Below, piece after piece: positions 18,792 through 27,056 of a stretch of DNA of 64,000 nucleotides; the stretch's first letter is position 1, and each line of letters starts with the position of its first letter. Under the pieces are notes generated by a model. The model worked only from the letters and a program-made list of their open reading frames with translations, ran no database searches and was not told where the DNA came from. This DNA is from Acidobacteriota bacterium. GTDB lineage: Bacteria > Acidobacteriota > UBA6911. The DNA lies in contig CBDFLD010000023.1 in NCBI GenBank assembly GCA_965249005.1, forward strand, positions 495,219 through 559,218, written 5' to 3'. The translations under genes and the position numbers were made by a program.

Positions 18792-20198
18792 TCACTTGAA
18801 CCGGATCGACCGAATAATACTCTCGAAAGCGCGGCGATAGTCTGCAAACTCAGCCTCTGGGGCCACAAAGGCAAAGTACGAAAGTCCGTCGGGGCGTAGG
18901 ACCGTCACAAGCCAGTTGATCTCCCGTCCCCCGAGCACCGACTGGTTGACCAGTTCGGTGAGCAGGGCGCTTTGCCCGCCCACCCGTCGCTCCCCGTGGT
19001 CGCGGACCACACGCATGTGTGGATTGCCCTTCTGCAGTTGGTAGATCAGCTGGTCGTTGGCCACTTCAAGCGTTATGCTGCGCCGATGACGATACTCCGG
19101 TTCAAAGATCGCCGCCAGCATTCCATAGGCAAGTTCCCCTCGCCCTTTTTCGTTTTCGATAATTCCCCCCGCCGGAGCCAAGCTGAAGGAATTCCCCTCC
19201 CCCGACGATTGCCAGTTGCGCGGGAAACGGAGTTTTACACTCTCGCCCTGGTAGTACAGATGCCGCGAGGAAGGCTTTTTCGGCCTGGGCACGCGCTTGG
19301 GCTTGGGCTCCGCCTCTGTGCCTTTGGCGGCCGGAGCCGGTAACGAAACGAGATAGCGCTTGATCTCTCGGAACTCCGCGGTGTCATCCCGATAGTTGCG
19401 CGGAGGCCCACCCAGCCTCTCGACTTCGTCCATGATCTTGGCCCGACGCCGATCCGGACTGGGATGACTGCTGAAGAAATCGGGTGGCCGGCCTCCCTTT
19501 TCCTGCGCCTCCAACTTCTCGAAGAACTGCGCCATGGCCCGGGGATCGTAGCGGAGGTCGTAGAGTATCTGCGTGCCGATCAGATCGGATTGCCGCTCGG
19601 CATCCCGCCCATACTTCAGCAATACCGAATTGAGGGCGAAACCCGCACCTACTTGACTCAGGATGCTCGCAGTCGAGCCGCCGCCCAAGATACCACCGAG
19701 GATGCCGAGCCCCCCTTGGAAGGCCGTCGATTTGCTGGCCTGATTGGTTCCGTGGCGCAGCGCGACGTGGCCGATTTCGTGCCCGATGACGCCGGCCAGC
19801 TGAGCCTCGGTGTCCGAGGACTCGATCACACCACGATTGACGTAGATGAATCCGCCGGGAAGGGCGAACGCGTTGATGCTTTTGTCATTCACGGTCTTGA
19901 ACTGGTAGGGATAGCGCTCCCCCTGGGCACGAGAGGCCAACTTGAGGCCTAACCGATTGATATAGTCATCGACCTTGCGGTCGTTGAGCAAAGGAAGCTT
20001 GGTCTCGGCATCCCGGGCCACCTCACGGCCCAATTCCACGTCTTGCTGGAACGAGTACAAATTCCAACCGGGCTTCAACTTGGTTCGCTCTCCGAGTGCC
20101 GGTGAAACCAGCATTGCCAAGCAAAGCCCAAGGGCCCAAACCGATCGTGCCCTGATCCTGTATACCTCCGCACCCCTTGAATTCGCACGTGTCCTCAT
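18792..20198 (-). CDS. M48-family zinc metallopeptidase with a signal peptide. Start at ATG 20198 with RBS AAGGAGG.
   Basis: HEIGH motif (VIGHEIGHVALRHG). Signal peptide WALGLCLAMLVSPALG. Confidence 0.8.
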   Translation of the reverse strand: MRTRANSRGAEVYRIRARSVWALGLCLAMLVSPALGERTKLKPGWNLYSFQQDVELGREVARDAETKLPLLNDRKVDDYINRLGLKLASRAQGERYPYQFKTVNDKSINAFALPGGFIYVNRGVIESSDTEAQLAGVIGHEIGHVALRHGTNQASKSTAFQGGLGILGGILGGGSTASILSQVGAGFALNSVLLKYGRDAERQSDLIGTQILYDLRYDPRAMAQFFEKLEAQEKGGRPPDFFSSHPSPDRRRAKIMDEVERLGGPPRNYRDDTAEFREIKRYLVSLPAPAAKGTEAEPKPKRVPRPKKPSSRHLYYQGESVKLRFPRNWQSSGEGNSFSLAPAGGIIENEKGRGELAYGMLAAIFEPEYRHRRSITLEVANDQLIYQLQKGNPHMRVVRDHGERRVGGQSALLTELVNQSVLGGREINWLVTVLRPDGLSYFAFVAPEAEFADYRRAFESIIRSIRFK

Positions 20199-20397
20199 AC
20201 CAACCTCCTTGCCCCGTATGTATCTCCCCAAGCATCCACTCATTCTTGGATTCACGTCACGCTCCAGAGTTTCACCGGGCTGCGCCTATTCTAACTCTAG
20301 GCTCCGGCCAGTACAAAGCCAAGTCCTGGTGCCTTGCGCTACAGGTCTCGATGGGAGTTTGCACACAGGATTCCGGGCTGATGTGTGGTCGGGTGAG

Positions 20398-21822
20398 ATG
20401 AAGCCTTCCGTGTCGAAATCATTGGAATCGAGTATACTGGAGGAGTTTACGAGGATTCCGACCGTGAGCTCCCTTAAGCCGAAAGTCCTGGTGGTCGACG
20501 ACGAACCCGCCATGCGGGAAGTGTTGGAGATGCGACTGCAAAAGTGGGGCTATGACGTACGCCTGGCGGCCGACGGCATCAAGGGAAAGACTTTGGCAGC
20601 CTCCTTTGATCCGGATATCGTCCTTTCCGACGTCGTCATGCCTCAAATGTCCGGGCTGGAACTACTGAAATCGCTCAAGGGAGAAAAATTCGACCGGACT
20701 GTGATCTTGATGACCGCGCAGGGAACCATTGAGATTGCAGTGGACGCGATGAAATCGGGAGCTCACGATTTCTTGACCAAGCCGCTCGACTACCCAAAGC
20801 TGCAAGCCATGCTCGACGCCGCGAGCAGAGAACTCGAGCTCCGGCGCGACTCCAGGAAGTTGTCGGAGCAGCTTCAAAGTGGCGGCTTTGCGGACTTCGT
20901 CGGCACGAGCCGAGCCATGCAGGAAGTTTACGACCTCATCCGGCAAGTCGCCACGACCGATGCTTTCTTGCTGATCTCGGGGGAAAGCGGCACCGGAAAG
21001 GAGCTTGTCGCCCGTACGATTCACCAGATGAGCCACCGTGCGCGAGGGCCCTTCATCGCGATCAACGCCTCGGCCATACCGGAAAATCTCATGGAAAGCG
21101 AGATATTCGGGCACGAAAAGGGAGCCTTTACCGGCGCGGTGGGTATGCGCGCTGGTTGTTTCGAACTGGCCGATCGCGGCACCTTGTTTCTGGACGAGAT
21201 CACGGAGATGCCCCTGTCTCTTCAGCCCAAATTGCTACGGGTCCTGGAGGATGGTCAGGTTCGTCGTTTGGGAGGCCGGCAGGAATTCACCTTCCACGTC
21301 CGCGTTCTGGCGGCCACCAACCGGGGCGTGCGGGACGCAATCGAACAGGGAAACCTGAGAGAGGACCTTTATTATCGGCTGAACGTCTTTACCATCGCAC
21401 TGCCGCCTCTTCGTGAGCGGAAGGGAGATATTCCGCTGCTGGCGGCGCATTTTCTCAAGGAGTCGAATCGAAAGCACGGCGCGAAAGTCGAATCGATCAG
21501 CGACGAGGCCATGAGCATTCTGCAGGCGCACCGCTGGCCGGGCAACGTGCGGGAGTTGCGCAACATCATCGAGAGGGCTGTCATTCTTGTTCGTGGCAAG
21601 AGAATCGAATTGGCGCATCTGGCCCCGGAAATTCGATCGCCCGGTTCTGACACATCATCGAAGATCACCTTGCCGGTCGGCGTGACAGCGGCGGAGGCTG
21701 AAAAAGAACTCATACTGAAGACGCTGGCCCTGGCAGGAAACAACAAGGCCGAAGCGGCGCGCCAGCTGGGACTCGACGTCAAGACGATCCGCAACAAGCT
21801 GAAATCCTACGGGATCGAATAG
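20398..21822 (+). CDS. Sigma-54-dependent response regulator (NtrC family: REC + AAA+ + HTH). Start at ATG 20398; the track ORF 19975 overlaps the divergent peptidase gene.
   Basis: KVLVVDDEPAMREVL…, the AAA+ GESGTGKE motif, the GAFTGA sigma-54 interaction motif, and a C-terminal Fis-type HTH. Confidence 0.85.
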   Translation: MKPSVSKSLESSILEEFTRIPTVSSLKPKVLVVDDEPAMREVLEMRLQKWGYDVRLAADGIKGKTLAASFDPDIVLSDVVMPQMSGLELLKSLKGEKFDRTVILMTAQGTIEIAVDAMKSGAHDFLTKPLDYPKLQAMLDAASRELELRRDSRKLSEQLQSGGFADFVGTSRAMQEVYDLIRQVATTDAFLLISGESGTGKELVARTIHQMSHRARGPFIAINASAIPENLMESEIFGHEKGAFTGAVGMRAGCFELADRGTLFLDEITEMPLSLQPKLLRVLEDGQVRRLGGRQEFTFHVRVLAATNRGVRDAIEQGNLREDLYYRLNVFTIALPPLRERKGDIPLLAAHFLKESNRKHGAKVESISDEAMSILQAHRWPGNVRELRNIIERAVILVRGKRIELAHLAPEIRSPGSDTSSKITLPVGVTAAEAEKELILKTLALAGNNKAEAARQLGLDVKTIRNKLKSYGIE

Positions 21823-21873
21823 CCCCCCACCCGTATTCGATTTTTCTTATTTGCCGTCGCTAATGCGAGCACG

Positions 21874-23427
21874 ATGAGAATATCAACCAAGATCATCCTC
21901 GGTTTCGGCATTTTGATTGCGCTCATGATCGGGGTTATCGGCTTTCAGATCACCACGACCTCCGAGTTGCAGAGAATTGCTCAGAACCTGTCCGAGATAA
22001 ATCTCAAAAGGGCGCCGAAAGCAATCAACCTGGAGCGAGACATTCGAAAATTCGGAGATAACACTGATTTGTTTTTTTTGGAAAGGCAGGAAGAATCGCA
22101 GGGCCTCAAGGACCTGGAAGCAGAACTGACCGAATACGGGGGCAGTATTCATCAAAGTCTTGCCGCTCTACTCAGCCAAGATCTAACAGAACAAGAACGG
22201 GTTGAAGTGGAGCGTTTGTCCAGAAACTGGACCGAGATCGTGACGACACTAGAGAGGTTCGAGCAACGAGAGACTATCGATCCGCAATCGAGCCAATTCC
22301 AAAAGCTGATGAAGGACATAAGGTCCTTTGAAACGCTTGTGCCTAATCTGACTAAAGCCATAAACCAAGCCATTCACACCGAGGTGAGTCGCTCCTCGGA
22401 GCAGGCCGAGTTTGCCTACTGGACTTCGATCTTCGCAGCAGCCGGAGCACTTCTGGTGAGCCTTGTGGTGGCGTTCCTTATTTCACGGTCCATCAATGAG
22501 CCTCTGCGGCACCTTACCGAGGGGACCCGTGCGATTTCTGAAGGCAAGTTCTTCTACCGTCTGGACACCTCGAGAAAAGACGAGTTTTCCCAGGTTGCCC
22601 GCGATTTCAATCTGATGAGCTCCCGGCTCGATGAGCTGGACCAGATGAAGAAGGACTTCGTGTCTCACGTTTCTCACGAGCTCAAGGCGCCGCTGGCATC
22701 GATGCAAGAGACGATTCATCTCCTGCTGGAGCAAATCCCCGGACCGTTGACTCAAAAGCAGGAACGCTTGCTCAGGCTCAACGCCCAGAGCGGGACCCGC
22801 CTGTCGTCGATGATCCGCAATCTGCTGGACTTGTCCCGAATGGAAGCAGGTGTGCTCGAGTACGAGCTCAAGGAGCGGGATCTCGGGGCACTCACGCGCG
22901 CAGCAATCGCAGAGCTCGACGCGGCCGCCAAGGAAAAGTTCGTCCGCATCGAACTGGAGATGCCCGCCAAGCCGCTACTGCTCCAGTGCGACGGCGATCG
23001 CATCATTCAGGTGATCGGAAACCTCCTGGGCAACGCCATCAAGTTTTCGTCGGAGCGCGGCCGCTTGAGGGTCCTCGTCGGGATGCAGAGCAAGCTGTCG
23101 GCAAATGCCCGCCAGGCACTGGCACACCAATCCTCGTCGCCACTCGACAACTTTCGCTTTGCGCTCATTGAAGTGACCGATAGTGGTCCCGGCGTTTCCG
23201 ATGAGCACAAGAAAAAGATATTCACCCGTTTCCACCAGGTGAAGCAGGGTAAAAAGATCTCCGGTCAAGGGGTGGGGCTGGGGCTGGCGATCTGCCAGAC
23301 CATCGTGGAAGCTCATCGCGGCGCCATCTGGGTCGAGGACAATCCTGGCGGAGGCAGCGTCTTCCACGTTCTTCTACGCGCCGACCCCTGGATTTCCAGC
23401 ACAGCTCGGGCCTCGGCTCCACTGTGA
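21874..23427 (+). CDS. Sensor histidine kinase (TM-HAMP-HisKA-HATPase), partner of the preceding regulator.
   Basis: N-terminal transmembrane helix, HAMP, the H-box HVSHELKAPL, and the G-boxes GQGVGLGLAI. Confidence 0.85.
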   Translation: MRISTKIILGFGILIALMIGVIGFQITTTSELQRIAQNLSEINLKRAPKAINLERDIRKFGDNTDLFFLERQEESQGLKDLEAELTEYGGSIHQSLAALLSQDLTEQERVEVERLSRNWTEIVTTLERFEQRETIDPQSSQFQKLMKDIRSFETLVPNLTKAINQAIHTEVSRSSEQAEFAYWTSIFAAAGALLVSLVVAFLISRSINEPLRHLTEGTRAISEGKFFYRLDTSRKDEFSQVARDFNLMSSRLDELDQMKKDFVSHVSHELKAPLASMQETIHLLLEQIPGPLTQKQERLLRLNAQSGTRLSSMIRNLLDLSRMEAGVLEYELKERDLGALTRAAIAELDAAAKEKFVRIELEMPAKPLLLQCDGDRIIQVIGNLLGNAIKFSSERGRLRVLVGMQSKLSANARQALAHQSSSPLDNFRFALIEVTDSGPGVSDEHKKKIFTRFHQVKQGKKISGQGVGLGLAICQTIVEAHRGAIWVEDNPGGGSVFHVLLRADPWISSTARASAPL

Positions 23428-23486
23428 AAAGATGTTGAAATCCAGCGAACAATCTGAAAATCTTTGCTTCTAGAAGCTCGGAGACC

Positions 23487-24161
23487 ATGAGAATCAGCAA
23501 CTTGTCCCGCAGGTCGATCGACAACTTTGCCATCATCACAATCGTGTCAGCGGTTCTCTTGCTCACTGCGTGCAACAAGAACCCACAACCGACCCGTCGT
23601 CCGGCTCATCCCACTGCGGCAGCCCTCCCCACCGCTTTTGATCGAGCCGAGTTGTTCTTCGAGGACCGTAACTATGCGGAGGCAGCGCGCTACTACGAGG
23701 AGTCTCTGCGTGAACAGCCGTCTCACCCCAAAGCCGATCGCGCCCTGTTTCGATCCGGCTTGTCGCGGGCCGTTCCGGGGCACTCTCTTCATGACCTGGA
23801 TGTAGCCAGGAACCACTTCGAGCGCTTGGTCGCTACACACCCGGACAGCAACCTCAAGGCACAAAGTGAGTTCATCCTCGGTCTATCTGACAGGCTGCAG
23901 TCCCTGCAATCGAACCTTCGTGCCCAAGATAGCCAGCTGCAGGTGAATCGGGAGACGATCGCCCAGTTGAATAGCTTGGTCGACAAACTGAAGCTGGCGG
24001 TCGACAAACAAAAGAGCAAAGTCGGCACCACGGAGGCACAGCTGCGGAAGCGCGACGTGAAGATCCGCGAAGCGGAAAAGCAAATTGAGTCTCTCGAGCG
24101 GCTCTTGGACAAATATAGAAAGATTAATATTCAGAGCCGCCCGTCCAGTCCGCCAGACTAG
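23487..24161 (+). CDS. Lipoprotein with TPR-like and coiled-coil regions.
   Basis: Lipobox LLLTACN. The C-terminal half is a heptad-rich coiled coil. Confidence 0.5.
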   Translation: MRISNLSRRSIDNFAIITIVSAVLLLTACNKNPQPTRRPAHPTAAALPTAFDRAELFFEDRNYAEAARYYEESLREQPSHPKADRALFRSGLSRAVPGHSLHDLDVARNHFERLVATHPDSNLKAQSEFILGLSDRLQSLQSNLRAQDSQLQVNRETIAQLNSLVDKLKLAVDKQKSKVGTTEAQLRKRDVKIREAEKQIESLERLLDKYRKINIQSRPSSPPD

Positions 24162-25645
24162 CGCTTTTTCAAGAGAATCCCGATAGGGTGTTGTTGCCCC
24201 TTCCTGTAGATGGTCAGGGTCAAGACACCATTCGGTCTCGCAGAGGCCGCGTATCGATGGAATGCTTCCGGGTCGTTGACCGGACGACCGTCCACTTCAA
24301 CGATCACATCACCGGCAAGGATGCCGTTGCGCGCTCCCAAGCTTTGCTCACTGACGCGCGCCACGATCAATCCGCGATGTTCCGGTATGTCGAGCACTCT
24401 TGCAAACTGAGGATTGTTGCGGTAGGTCTCGATTCCAACACCCGAGCCCTGGGGATATCCGGGGCCCACTTTCTCAACTTGTGGATCCAGCGATTGCGGG
24501 TCCGGCCGCCCCAGAGATTCGATCCTTGTGTAGGGGCGGCGCGAAAAGTCTTGTGGTCTTGTCTCGATCCGGGCCGTCATTTCTCGTACTTTGCCTTTTC
24601 GCAAAACCCGGAGCCTCACACTCGAACCGGCGGTCGCGTTCTGCACTCGTCGGATGAGCTCGAAACGATCGTTCAGCTTGATCCCGTTCCACCCGATCAA
24701 TACGTCCTGACCTCGAAGCCCTGCGAGGTCGGCCGGCCCTCTGTCGATAACATCCGTAATCAAAATACCGGAACCAGCTTCCGCCGGCCCTAAATAGACA
24801 CCGAGCCAACCCGTTCGGATATCGCCACCGGACCGAAGCACCCGTTCCGCGGACCGGAGCAGTTGCGAGACAGGGTAGACGACCGTACTCAACCCACCGG
24901 GTTGCTTTCTGGACGACTGCCCAGATGTGCTCACCCGTGAAACGAATCCCAGAACTCGGTGTTCCTTGTCCAGGAGCGGTTGTCCCGCCCCGGAAAGGTC
25001 CAGATCGGTCGTCACCTCCCACGCGGCACTATGAGGCTGATCGTACGCGATGGAGAGTATCTTCGCCGACTCGAAGCGGTGTGTGCCCCTTTTCCCGTGG
25101 ACCGGCACCACGACCGTGGTCCCGTCGTGGACTCTGCAATCATGGCAAACGGGGGTCTTTCTCAACCGGTCGCCAAAAACGTGAATCACCGCCACACCCG
25201 TGCTCTGGTCGATTCCGACGAGCTTACCGGAATGGCGGTCGCCTTTGGCCGTAATGATCTCGACGCTTCGCTTTTCTTGACAAATATCCGGCCAACGGTA
25301 GCCCAGAAAGGAAAGTACATGATTCCGCTGGTCGATCACGAGTCCCGTTGCAGGAACGACCCGTATCACGCGGATCGGGGAATCCTTGAGAGGAACCTGC
25401 CCGTCCTGTAGAACCAATCGCTCGACCCCGACCCGGACTTCGGTAAAGATGTTGACCCGAACGAGGTCTGAAGCGGCCCGAACCGAATCCGTTTGTCTTG
25501 CTCCAGAGCCGCGCTCTTGGGCCTGTCCTGCTTCACCACGGGCCCATCCCTTGCCCGGGCCAAGAGCCAAAAGGGCGAGTAGAATCCATGATCTATATCG
25601 CGGCAACATGCTTTTCACTGTGTGCTGTTCTTCAACCGCTGGCAC
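24158..25645 (-). CDS. HtrA/DegP-like protein (trypsin-like domain + 2 PDZ) with a divergent, possibly inactive, catalytic site.
   Basis: The His-region GLVIDQRNHVLS is present. The Asp-region reads TGVAVIHV (expected TDLAVL). The Ser-region reads DLSGAGQPLL (expected GNSGGPL). Two PDZ-like segments follow. It is the last gene of the ECF sigma operon. Confidence 0.7.
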   Translation of the reverse strand: MPAVEEQHTVKSMLPRYRSWILLALLALGPGKGWARGEAGQAQERGSGARQTDSVRAASDLVRVNIFTEVRVGVERLVLQDGQVPLKDSPIRVIRVVPATGLVIDQRNHVLSFLGYRWPDICQEKRSVEIITAKGDRHSGKLVGIDQSTGVAVIHVFGDRLRKTPVCHDCRVHDGTTVVVPVHGKRGTHRFESAKILSIAYDQPHSAAWEVTTDLDLSGAGQPLLDKEHRVLGFVSRVSTSGQSSRKQPGGLSTVVYPVSQLLRSAERVLRSGGDIRTGWLGVYLGPAEAGSGILITDVIDRGPADLAGLRGQDVLIGWNGIKLNDRFELIRRVQNATAGSSVRLRVLRKGKVREMTARIETRPQDFSRRPYTRIESLGRPDPQSLDPQVEKVGPGYPQGSGVGIETYRNNPQFARVLDIPEHRGLIVARVSEQSLGARNGILAGDVIVEVDGRPVNDPEAFHRYAASARPNGVLTLTIYRKGQQHPIGILLKKR

Positions 25646-26283
25646 TAGTGGCTGATGTTCTGAACGAAATACTCGTCGGAACGCTGATCTCGTTTCTGAA
25701 GAATGGTATCAGGCAAAACCATGATGACTCGACCGTCGGGAGCGGTAACCAAGACCTCATCAAACGGGAGCTTCTGGCCACCAAAATCTTCCAACGCCTC
25801 TGCGCCAAAAGGATAGGGGAACGGATCATTGGGAAAGGGGTCCGCCTCCGCGGTCGACCGGTCTTTCGAAGCAAGCGGCGACACCCCCAGATTCTGCGGC
25901 GTCGGATTTCCGGCGGCATTGTGAAAAGGCGATTCATTCAAGGAGAGAACTACGGCGATACCTAAAAGGACTATCAGAGATGCAGTTCCCACGAGATAGA
26001 CACGCAGCTGCGGCCAATCCAATCCATAAAACCACAGGTTGCGGTACCATCCGTACGCGGGGCTTTTGGCGTGTATGCGAGACATCACCGTGGTCTCGAA
26101 ATCGGGTGGCGCAGTAACTCTCGGCAAACGACGGCTCATTTCGCCAAGCTTCTGAGCTGCGTCCAGATCCTTCCCACAAGCAAAGCAATGTTGGGCATGA
26201 CGCTCGATGCCGAATCTAGCGGGAAAATCGAGTCCCCCCTCGAGATAATCTTCCAACTTCTTGTGAAAACTTCGGCAATTCAT
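25645..26283 (-). CDS. Anti-sigma factor: zf-HC2 zinc finger, one transmembrane helix and a periplasmic domain.
   Basis: N-terminal C-x…H-x3-C-x2-C (CRSFHKKLEDYLEGGL…HAQHCFACG). Central transmembrane helix LVGTASLIVLLGIAVVL. The start is 1 nt after the sigma stop, and the ATGA overlaps the HtrA-like gene. Confidence 0.7.
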   Translation of the reverse strand: MNCRSFHKKLEDYLEGGLDFPARFGIERHAQHCFACGKDLDAAQKLGEMSRRLPRVTAPPDFETTVMSRIHAKSPAYGWYRNLWFYGLDWPQLRVYLVGTASLIVLLGIAVVLSLNESPFHNAAGNPTPQNLGVSPLASKDRSTAEADPFPNDPFPYPFGAEALEDFGGQKLPFDEVLVTAPDGRVIMVLPDTILQKRDQRSDEYFVQNISH

Positions 26284-26284
26284 T

Positions 26285-26926
26285 TCAGACGTAATGCTCC
26301 AACTTCCTCTGCAGCAATTCGCGGGCTCGGTGCAGGCGAGACTTGATCGTCCCGGACGAGCACTTGAGCATTTCCGCTATCGTATCATAGGGCAGCTCTT
26401 GAATCTCTTTCATGACAAACGCGGTCCGATACTTTTCCGGAAGCGAACGAATGGCGGCGCGCAAGACCTGTGAGCTTTCTTTTCGCAATACGGCGTCGCC
26501 GGGGCTGTATCGGATGTCAGAGATTTCCACTTCTTGTCTTTCATCGTCGGGATCGCGTCGGGCCCATACGTTGTTATAGAAAACTCTTCCCCGACGTTTT
26601 CGAAATCGCAGCTCGTCGATGGCCAGATTCGTCGCGATCCGGTAGATCCAGGTGGAGAATTGGTAAACGTTGCTGTAACGAGTGATGTTCTTGTAGACCC
26701 TCAAGAAGGTTTCCTGAGAAAGGTCGATGGCGATATCGTAGTCTCCGACCATGCCGTTCAGGTAGTTGGTCAAGGCGTCCTTGTACTTTGTCACCAACTG
26801 GACGAAAGCTGCCTCGTCTCCGGCTATGAATTCACGTACCAGGTCGTTGTCTTTGACCGGTAACGAACTAACCAGCCCGATCTCGAGACTCTGAGAGTTC
26901 AACGTTTGCTCCACTGAATCACTCAT
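26285..26926 (-). CDS. ECF (group 4) sigma-70 factor.
   Basis: Region 2 (DLSQETFLRVYKNI…WIYRIATNLAIDELRFRKRR) and region 4 (LPEKYRTAFVMKEIQELPYDTIAEMLKCSSGTIKSRLHRAREL). Confidence 0.85.
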   Translation of the reverse strand: MSDSVEQTLNSQSLEIGLVSSLPVKDNDLVREFIAGDEAAFVQLVTKYKDALTNYLNGMVGDYDIAIDLSQETFLRVYKNITRYSNVYQFSTWIYRIATNLAIDELRFRKRRGRVFYNNVWARRDPDDERQEVEISDIRYSPGDAVLRKESSQVLRAAIRSLPEKYRTAFVMKEIQELPYDTIAEMLKCSSGTIKSRLHRARELLQRKLEHYV

Positions 26927-27018
26927 GAATCACTCATTAGGAAACGGAGAGAGGCCGCGGAGTTCTCGGCAAGATGCCCAGCAGCCCCGCAGAAATTCTA
27001 CATATTCCATACAGTTAC

Positions 27019-27042
27019 ACGACAAAAAGCGATCTGTGTTCC
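27019..27042 (-). promoter_or_regulatory. Candidate ECF-type promoter (GGAAC-N16-CGT) about 93 nt upstream of the ECF sigma start.
   Basis: Minus-strand read aaagcGGAACacagatcgctttttgtCGTgtaac. The AAC…CGT architecture is typical of autoregulated ECF promoters. Confidence 0.3.
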
Positions 27043-27056
27043 GCTTTTCAACTAAA

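Noticed and set aside
20199-20397. Search for a sigma-54 promoter (TGGCAC-N5-TTGC) in the divergent region next to the sigma-54 regulator
   Set aside because: Only a TGGTGCCTTGCGC-like sequence was found, with wrong GG-GC spacing. No convincing -24/-12 element on either strand.
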